This document shows, piece by piece, positions 54,671 through 64,000 of a DNA stretch of 64,000 nt (position 1 is its first letter; each line of letters starts with the position of its first letter). The notes under the pieces are model-generated. The model saw nothing but the letters and a program-made list of their open reading frames with translations. It was not told the DNA's origin and did not search any database. The stretch is taken from assembly GCA_951406725.2 (NCBI GenBank), contig OX597816.1, forward strand, positions 114,824,001-114,888,000, read 5' to 3'. The DNA is from Octopus vulgaris. Lineage: Eukaryota. The position numbers and the translations under genes are program-made.

Positions 54671-56194
54671 AGGTGTGGATTCAGAGAATCATGCAGCTAT
54701 CACAGTAAGTTCCTCATATGGACTTGGCTATCAGTCTACATAGTAGTCAATTACAAAGAAGTGTAATGTAGAGTGTTCATGAAAATCCAGAAAACCTGGT
54801 CAATAAAACTATTTCATGAGGAGTATATATAAAGCCATAAAGTCAGGAGATAGGAGAAGTGAATATATATTTATTCCACTACATGACTTCCATCGGGTTA
54901 GGTATGTTTCACAACCTTGTTCTTGATGTATTAGTTTCAGTATTGAAGAAACTATGCCAACATGTTTATATTAATATGTTTGCTCAATATTATAAAATGC
55001 AAAGGGCAGAAACATTAGTACGCCGGACGAAATACTCAGTGGTATTTCATCAGTCTTTATGTTCTGAGTTCAAATTCTGCTGAGGTCGACTTTGCCTTTT
55101 ATCCTTTTGGGGTTGATAAATCACGTACCAGTTGCATACTGGGGTTGATCTAATCGACTGGCCCCCTCCCCTAAAATTTTGGGCCTTGTACCTTGATCAG
55201 AAAAGAATATTATAAAATGCAATTAATGCAGCAAGTTGGCAGAATTGTTAGCACACTGGACAAAATGTTTAGCAACATTTCACTCATCTTTATGTTCTGA
55301 GTTCAAATTCCACTGAGGTCGACTTTGCAGTTCATCTTTTCAAAGTTGATAAAAATTAGCACCAGTTGAGCTTAATGTGATTGACTTAGCCTCTCCTGCA
55401 AAATATCAGACCTTGTGCCTATAGTAGAATGGATTATTATTATCATCATTATTATTATTATGATTACTCTTCTTCATCTTCTTCTTCTTCCTCTTCTTTT
55501 TCTTCTTCTTATTATTGTTATTATCATCACAGGTAACCATGTATCCCCTCTACAACAAGACATCTATTTCTGTCTTTCTGTCTCACTATAACTTTTCATT
55601 ATCTGACACAAGATCACCTCCTCCAATGCCCCTTCCCCTCTTAAAGGTGCTTTGTCTTGCAAGTTACTTGGTGACCCTGCCAGTGCTGATGCCATGTAAA
55701 AAGCATCCAGTCCACACTGTAAAGTGGTTGGCATTTAGAAGGGCATCCAACTGTAAAATCCATGGTAAGACTGACCTCATCTGTGCTTGTGCCATGTAAA
55801 AAACACTCAGTCCACTCCACTGAGTGGATGGTGTTAGGAAAGGCGTCCAACCATAAAATCCCTGCCAAAACAGACACAGAAGTCTGGTGCAGGCTCCTAC
55901 ATGGTCAACTCCTGTCAAACCGTCTAACCCATGTCAACATGGAAGGCAGACATTAAACAATGATGATAATAATTAAGATGGTGAATTAGCAGAATCATTA
56001 GCATGCCAGGCAAAATGCTTAGTGGCATTTCATTCGTCTTTACATTCTGAGTTCAAATTCCACGAAGGTTGACTTACTTTGCCTTTCATTCTTTCAGGGT
56101 CGATAAATTAAGTGCCAGTTACACACTGGAGTTGCTGTAATTGACTATATCCCTCCCCCAAATTTCATGCATTGTGTCTATAGTAGAAAGGATC

Positions 56195-56266
<72 letters not shown>

Positions 56267-57028
56267 GCAAGCTGGCAGGATCATTAGCATGTCAGACAAA
56301 ATGCTAAGCAGCATTTCATTTGTCTTTACATTCTGAGTTCAAATACTGCTGAAGTTGACTTCACCTTTCATCCCATTCGAAGTTGATAAAACAAGTACCT
56401 GTTAAGCATTTGAGCCAATGTAATCAACTTACTCCATTCCATGAAATTGCTGGGATGTTGAGGCCTAGGGTAACTGACTTACTACTCTACTGAACTTGTT
56501 GGCCTTGTACCAAAACTTGAAACCAATATTATAGGATACTGTTGTATGCTCAATTGCAAATTCGCAGATTAATGCTAATAATGAAAGCTAACTTGTCAGA
56601 TCATGAGAACACCTTGGTTACATTAACAGTTCTACGCCAGAGTTGGCTGTAAAAGGTTAACAGCAAAAGTTAAAGGTAAAAATCCCTTTGGCAGGGAAAA
56701 TCTACTTGAATTCAGTCAGGATGTAAGAAACAATACGGACATCAAATATATACAGTTTTTGAAAAGTAATGAAAGAGCATATTCAATTCTTGAAGGTCTG
56801 GAAATGGCAAATGTCTTTAGGGACAAAAACAAGAAAACAATAAGAAAATGTGAAAACTCTAGAATAAAGGGTAAAATATGACAACAGTTGCATATTTAAT
56901 GAAATACATGCACGTATAAATATATACATGTATGTGTTTGTGTGTATTTGTTTGTGTGTGTGTGTGCGCATGCATGTATGTGTGTGTGTGCATGCATGCG
57001 TGTATGTGTGTGTGTATATATATATAAT

Positions 57029-57062
<34 letters not shown>

Positions 57063-57090
57063 CATGTGGGTGTGTGTGTGTGTACATATG

Positions 57091-57344
57091 TATTAGGTTG
57101 GTAGATAATTATTGTGGCTTTTTTCAATAAATTTTATTCAATAAAAACAATAACAACATTTAACAAAAACATCTTTAAATGATTATTCTGACAGGCTGCC
57201 AAGCAAATAGGAAGCAGTAATTGAAATAGATCGTGAATATGCTCCAGAATAACCATTTAAATATGTTTTTGTTAAAAGTTGTTATTGTTTTTATTGAATA
57301 AAATTTATTGAAAAAAGCCGCAATAATTTTACACCAACCTAATA
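57091..57344. mobile_element. Mariner-type MITE, largely palindromic
   Basis: TA-ttaggttggt...accaacctaa-TA; ~90-bp inverted arms. Confidence 0.85.
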
Positions 57345-57346
57345 TA

Positions 57347-57392
<46 letters not shown>

Positions 57393-57396
<4 letters not shown>

Positions 57397-57547
57397 CATT
57401 AAGTGTAAGTTTGGAAATATATTACCTACAATTATTATAATTATTCATCATCATCATCGTTTAACGTCCAGGACGTTAAATGATGATGATGATGAATAAT
57501 TATAATAATTGTAGGTAATATAATTCCAAACTTACATTTAATGTTTT
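57393..57547. repeat. Near-perfect 155-bp hairpin centred on two opposed family-E tails
   Basis: ...catcatcgtttaacgtcc|aggacgttaaatgatgatg... with mirrored flanks. Confidence 0.9.
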
Positions 57548-57643
57548 CTATAGTATATTTAACTTTTTCTATATGGTGTGAATAATGTCATTCACTATTG
57601 AATTGTTTAATAGAGGTCTTTCTCTAAATTTTACATATATATG

Positions 57644-57730
<87 letters not shown>

Positions 57731-58370
57731 TGAGAGACAGAGAGAAGTAAATGTAAGGATAAGCATGTTAGGCAGGTCAATATACAAAGTATATTAAATA
57801 CATGAAATATAAAAAATGTATACAGCTTTACACCCAAAAAGGTCTGACTTACACAGAATAGGAATGATAACAAGAATTAGAGGGGTTGAAGAAAACTATT
57901 GTGAATCCAACACCTGTTTCTTGGGGCTTGGTGGTCCAAGATAGAGTTTGAGATGTTCACAGACAGAAACATTGTTTTGTATTTTATACAAACATTTGAA
58001 GGGTGCTTTTTACATGCCAGTTACAAGGCACTGCATAGGCCACAACTATGATCTCAATTGGCTTCATGGGTCTTCTCAAGCACGACATATTCCCAAGGGT
58101 CTCAGTTATTTGTTGTTGCCTCCAAGACGCCCAACACACATACACTTATCTTTTACATGTTTCAGTCCTTTGATTGTGGCCATACTGGAGCATTGCATTT
58201 AGTCAAAGAAATCGACCCCGGGAATTATTCTTTGTAAGCCTAATACTTATTCTATCGGTCTCTTTTGCTGAACTGCTAGTTTTCAGGGACATAAACACAC
58301 CAACATCGGTTGTCAAGCAATGGTGAGGAACAAAAATAGACACAAAGACACACACACATAAATATATGCT

Positions 58371-58402
<32 letters not shown>

Positions 58403-58882
58403 CACACGACGAGCTTCTTTCAATTTCCATCTACCAAATCTACTCGCAAGGTTTTAGTCGGTCTCAGACTATTGTAGAAGCCAATTGCCCAAGGTGCCAT
58501 GCAGTGTGTGTGTGTCTGTGTTTGACCCCACAACTACTTGACACCTGGTGTTGGTGTGTTTACATCCCCATAACTTAGCTGTTCAGTAAAAGAGAACAAA
58601 AGAATAAGTACCAGGCTTAAAAGAATAAGTACCAGGCTTAAAAGAATAAGTACCAGGCTTAAAAAACTATAATTACTCCATGGGCACAGTTTAATGACTG
58701 AAATAAGTAAAAGAATAAAAGAAAGTATAAAGGACTAGGTGCAGGAGTGGTTGTGTGGTAAGTAGCTTACTCACCAACCACATGGTTCCAGGTTCAGTCC
58801 CACTGTGTTCCATGGGGCATGTGTCTTCTACTATAGTATTGGGCTGCCCAAAGCCTTGTGAGTGTATTTAGAAGCCCGTCGC

Positions 58883-58931
<49 letters not shown>

Positions 58932-60524
58932 TTTGTGTGTGTGTTTGTGCATCTGTGTTTGTCACCCCCACCATGCTGGTGTGTTTATGTCCCTGTAATG
59001 TAGTGGTTCGACAAAAGAGACTGATAATAAGTGCTAGGCTTACAAAGAATAAGACCCAGGGTCGATTTGCTCGACTAAAGGTGGTGCTCCAGCATGGCCA
59101 CATTCAATTGACAGTAACAAATAAAAGAATATATATATATGTTGGACTTCTTTCAGTTTCTGTCTACCAAATCCATTCACAGACCTTTGGTTAACCTGAG
59201 GCTATAGTAGAAGACACTTGCCCAAGGTGCTATGCAGTGGGACTGAACCTGGAACCATGTGATTGGGAGCAAGCTTCTTACCACACAGCCACTGCGCCTT
59301 GTTTGTGTTCTTTAAGCTTACAAACATTCCACATATTTACACCTATATATCATACAGCTGGCTACACGCAAACACAACCACACATACGCATGCACACACA
59401 CACACACACACTATATTACACTCATTGATATATTTATGAAGCCAACTGGCAGAATCAGTTGATATATGAGGTCACCATCACCACCACCACCGCCATCACC
59501 ACGCCTGCTAACAACCCTGGCCATCAGCAGGCCATCTCATCTACTACAACCACCATCATCTGCTGTCCCCTTACCACCGTCAGCAGTCCTCTCACCACTA
59601 CTACTACCACCACCATACATGCACAATACAGGACCATGTCCAGTTGATTTATATGAATGGCTGCTGTCAGCAAATGGCTGAAGGTGCAGGTCCTAGGAGT
59701 TGTAGTGGCGGGGGTGGGGGTGGATAGTGGAAGTGGTGGTGGTTACAATGAGAGTAGTGATGGCTACATTAGTCTGGGTGGGAGATGCAAGGGCGGTGGC
59801 GGTGGTGTGGTGTTGGTCAGTAGAAGAAGGGTAGCAAGGAGTCAGTGAAGGAGGAGAAGATGCCAATGGTGTGGCGTGTGGTGTGAGTGAGGTGTTGCAG
59901 GAGGGTCGGGGTCGTGGTCGTGGGCGGCGGGGGTGGGGGGTCGGGTGGAGGTGGTGTTGGTTGGGGAGAAGGCTGACTTTTAAATCTGTAAGGAGGATGT
60001 GGTCAGACAATAACAATCAGCTGTTCATGTTAATAGATAAGAGGTATTACTGGTGTCTGTCATTGTTAGTGTTATTGTCATTGCTTTTGTTGGATTAGAT
60101 GTTGGGGGGGAGGGGGGGCGGATGGGTGAGTGTTAAAGGTTGTTGTTTTTGTTCAGCTTAAGTCATCCCCTTGGTGCTGTAGATCTCCAGTGATTACCTT
60201 TCAAGACATGATAATTCCTAATAAGCTATTTAGACATTGTTTCCGAGATTATATTATCCCCTGTATCCTTCCATCCACCCCAACACATTTGTTTTTTGTT
60301 TGTTTTTTTTTTCAAGCATGTAGCAAGTTAAGGGAAAAGAAATGTGGCTGCTATTTCTAAGAGGACAATTGACCACATAGTGGTTCTGTCATTGTTTTGT
60401 GATTTAGAGTGTTTCCTTAATGTGATGTAATATGTGTTTCCTCATGGATATGGTGTGGTATTCAACTAACGATTACTTGTAGTGTAGGGGTGGATAATAT
60501 GTTAGGGTATGTGAGAATAGCATT

Positions 60525-61275
60525 GTTGTTGCTTAACCCTAGGCAAGCTCTGATTGCACAGATCTATAATTAAAAACTTTCCATCCTTTTAATGTTCCTG
60601 TGTGCATGAAACAATATCCACGTCCCTTCCTAAGATGGTTTATTTGAGGAAGTGTTGCTGGTTGTTATTTCTAGCAAGATGGGAAACCACATATAGACTT
60701 CCTCATTGTCTTAAGGGTTGGGCATGAAGTAGTATATTATGATTAACTGTAACTGCTGTTACAGTTTAGCCCCAGACCAGTCCAGATCAAGCAGACCTAT
60801 GTTGTTGTTTAACCCCAGGTAAGCTCTGATCACACAGAACTATAACCAGAAACATTCCATCCATGACCATCCTGTCTTTTATTCCTATGAGCATAAGACA
60901 TAGTATTTGTGTCCCTTTCTAAGATGGAAGTAGTGGAGTTTATTTGGGGGAGTCTTGGTTGTTATTTCTAGCAAGACGAGTGACCACATACAAATTTCTT
61001 CAGTGTCTCAAGGGTCAGGTGGGAGGTAGTATATCATGTTTAATTGTTATCGGTGTTACTCCTTAGCCTCAGGTCAGCCCTGATTGAGCAGACCTATGAT
61101 TAAAGCCAATCCATTTGTGACCACCCAAGTTTGGATTTTATTACTTGTTTTATACTAATGTGTATTAAATCCGGAACCACATTATCCAGCATGTCCTTTT
61201 CTAAAATTGTAGGATGTGAAGAACAACTTGACTGCTATGTCTAGCAGACTAAGTGATTGCATAAAAGCTCCCATT
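60525..61275 (+). repeat. Diverged tandem copies (~270 bp) of an unclassified dispersed repeat
   Basis: tt(a/t)a(a/g)ccc...ggtcag...ctgat..agcagacctatga...tatttctagca.g at ~60530, 60765 (partial), 60808 and 61062. Dispersed relatives at ~26500-26750, ~60140-60390 and 34330-34520(-). Confidence 0.65.
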
Positions 61276-62458
61276 TTGTGTGGTAAATTGAGAGGTGATA
61301 TATCTGTTCACCTGTATTGGTTTGTATAGTTTTGTTAGTGATGTTATAAGTGTGTGTGTATATATGTGTACATTGTGTATATTTACTTTTTGTATATGTG
61401 CATATGTGTGTGTTTGTGTGTGTGTGCATGTGTGATAATGTCCTTGTGGTCAGTTCATGGCGTGAGTGGCAATGGCAGCGAAAGATATTGTTCACTTGCA
61501 TTGGCTTATATGATTTTGATAGTCTTACTATGTATGTATGCATCTGTATAATATCTGTATGCATACACATTTGTATCCAGTAATGTGTGTGTATGTATGA
61601 TGTATGAGATGTGTGTGTGTGTGTGTGCGGGCGTGCGTGCTTAATGTGATGTGATGCCCTTGTGGTCAGCTCAGGGATGTTAATGTCAGCTCATAAAAGC
61701 TTCATAACAAAGCATGAATGAGTGTCATGTCAAGTTTATATAGCTTTACTGATAAGTGGTTTGGTTGAGCAGACAGCTTAGCCTTGCTTGACATGCTGTA
61801 ATGACCATGTAAAATGGTCAGTCAAGCTGATTAGGCCACTGCCTTCTATCAGCCAGCCACAATACACAATGGCTACTGCAACTACCACCACCACCACCAC
61901 CGCCGCCGCCGCCGCCACCGTTACGGACACCTTTGCTGACCACCTTCCCAGCCCACTGAACCCACCCCTGCCACCACCTTTACCCTCTGCTATTGTTGCT
62001 GCCGCCACTGTCTCTATTACTGGTCCCAAATGATACACAGACACACTGCTGGTTTTATTGGAACAAATGACCTATACTGGCTTCATCAGCCACTTAGTGG
62101 TCAATGAAACAGGACAGTGGCTATCATCACAAGGACAATTTACCACAATTTTCTATGTAATCAGTGTTAACCACATAAGAAGCTGCTCCCTTTTAATCTC
62201 TTACTCCCTCTATATCCTCTAACCCCTGATCAGTTTAAGTGATTCCCTTCCCACATTCCCCACATTTTCTTTTCCCTCCATTTGTGCTCCTCTCCTCTCT
62301 GTTTCCCTCTATTATTTTTCATCCTCTTGATGCTGTAATATATGCTTAACTCTCTGATATTCTGTGTGATTATCTAACTTTCTTCCTTTGCCTCTCTTTT
62401 GCAACTCTCTTTGGATTAATGTTCTTTCCTCTGCTTCAAGTTAATTCTATCTCTCTCT

Positions 62459-62528
<70 letters not shown>

Positions 62529-62533
62529 GTCTG

Positions 62534-62607
<74 letters not shown>

Positions 62608-62941
62608 AATCTATCTATCTATCTATCATTTGTAATTGTCCCCTCTGTGTCCAGCCCTGTGTGGCCAATAAAGAAAGTCATCTATCTATCTATCTGTCTG
62701 TCTGTTTGTCTGCCTGTCTATTTATCTGTCTGTCTGTCTATGTATATATCTATTTATCTATGTCTGTCTGTCTCTCTCTCTACCTATCTATCTATTTATT
62801 CTCCATCCATCCCTCCTTCATCCATCTAACCATTCATACACATAAATATATGAATACACACCCACACACACTCTCTCTCTCACACACACTCTCTCTCACA
62901 CACACACATACACACACACACACAAAAGAACACAAGTGTGA

Positions 62942-63177
62942 TTCAAAATTTATAACAGCTGTTTCAGTAGTATTTTATTGATGTGTGCTTAGATTACATC
63001 ACAGCAAAAACCTACCATCGTCAGGTAAATCTTAAATTTATAAACAGGTAAAGTAGAAATATGAGATGACCAGTTCACCATAGTATTTGATGAACTGGTC
63101 ATTTCCTATTTCTATCTTGATATAATCTAAGAATGCATCAATAAAATGCTACTGAAACAGCTGTTGTATATTTTGAA
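62942..63177. repeat. Fold-back element with GAAA-cagctg-TT half-sites in both arms
   Basis: ttcaaaat...acagctgtttcagtag / ctactgaaacagctgtt...ttttgaa; inner hairpin 63054-63113. Confidence 0.75.
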
Positions 63178-63318
63178 CCCCTCTTGAGTTTTTCTTTTAT
63201 ACCTATGTAAAACTTAGAACCATCCCTGGGCTGGCTGTACAGTTTAAACTGGATGAAGTTGCTATCCTCCTCCTCCTCCTCCTCCTCCTCCTCCTCCTCC
63301 TCCTCCTCCTCCTCCTCC

Positions 63319-63349
<31 letters not shown>

Positions 63350-63669
63350 TTAACGTCCGTTTTCCATGCTGGCATGGGTTGGACGGTTTGACTGGGGTCT
63401 GGGAAGCCAGAAGGCTGCACCAGGCCCCAATCTTGATCTGGCAGTGTTTCTACAGCTGGATGCCCTTCCTAACACCAACCATTGCGTGAGTGTAGTGGGT
63501 GCTTTTTACATGCCACTGTGCAGCATCTTGGGTAAGTGTCTTCTACTATAGCCCCTTGACAACCAAAGCCTTGTGAGTGGATTTTGTTGATGGTAACTAA
63601 AAGAAGCCTGTTGTGCACACATACATACTCACATATATGTATGTATACACACACACACACACACACACA

Positions 63670-64000
63670 TATTAAGTTGGCAAGGAAGTAATTTCGGCTT
63701 TTTAGTGTGAAATAAAAGTAATTTTTTTGTACAAAGAATGAACTTTAATCAATTATATGCTTTCCAATTTGTTTGATGACCTTTTGCCATCTTTCTGGCA
63801 ACTTCATGATTCCATGCTTATAGAACTTCTGGTCATCGTTATTATTGAAAGTTTTACCATTCAAAGAATTTTGCAAACTTCGAAGTAAATGATAATCTGA
63901 TGGTGCAAGGTCAGGGTTATATGGTGGATGTGACATCACTTCCCAACCAAGCTCCAATAATTTTTCACAAGTTAACAAAGACGTGTGTGGTCTAGCATTC
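63670..64000 (-). mobile_element. Mariner transposon 3' end (runs off window)
   Basis: LGWEVMSHPPYNPDLAPSDYHLLRSLQNSLNGKTF...GIMKLPERWQKVI; TIR TA-ttaagttggcaaggaagtaatttcgg. Confidence 0.9.

Noticed and set aside
58599-58663. 21-bp unit repeated three times
   Set aside because: Ordinary slippage inside a family-B SINE.
59460-60120. GC-rich stretch with several short ORFs
   Set aside because: It is degenerate CCA/GGT low-complexity sequence with no recognisable protein or splice structure.

Overview
AT-rich, repeat-saturated eukaryotic (animal) DNA, probably intronic or intergenic. The SINE repertoire and extreme microsatellite density are most consistent with an octopus genome; this is inferred from repeat families, not proven. 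No intact host protein-coding gene is recognisable, and nearly all ORF-track entries are translations of microsatellites or SINEs. The window is a mosaic of: at least three tRNA-headed SINE families; a (GAT)n-tailed retroposon family; R4/Dong-like and CR1-group LINE 3' ends; Penelope-like element (PLE) RT and GIY-YIG fragments; decayed Tc1/mariner transposases; and hAT, piggyBac and mariner MITEs, several with clear TIRs and TSDs. The most interesting unexplained layer is a set of about ten type-I hammerhead-ribozyme motifs or remnants. One nearly intact copy carries a compensatory U3:A8 core. Several sit in short fold-back (palindromic) elements next to (TA)n tracts, suggesting a non-autonomous ribozyme-bearing PLE-derived system that also generates long dsRNA hairpins. 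Also noted: a 196-bp SINE-derived tandem array, nested insertions, local duplications, and a few unique-sequence islands with candidate small exons.
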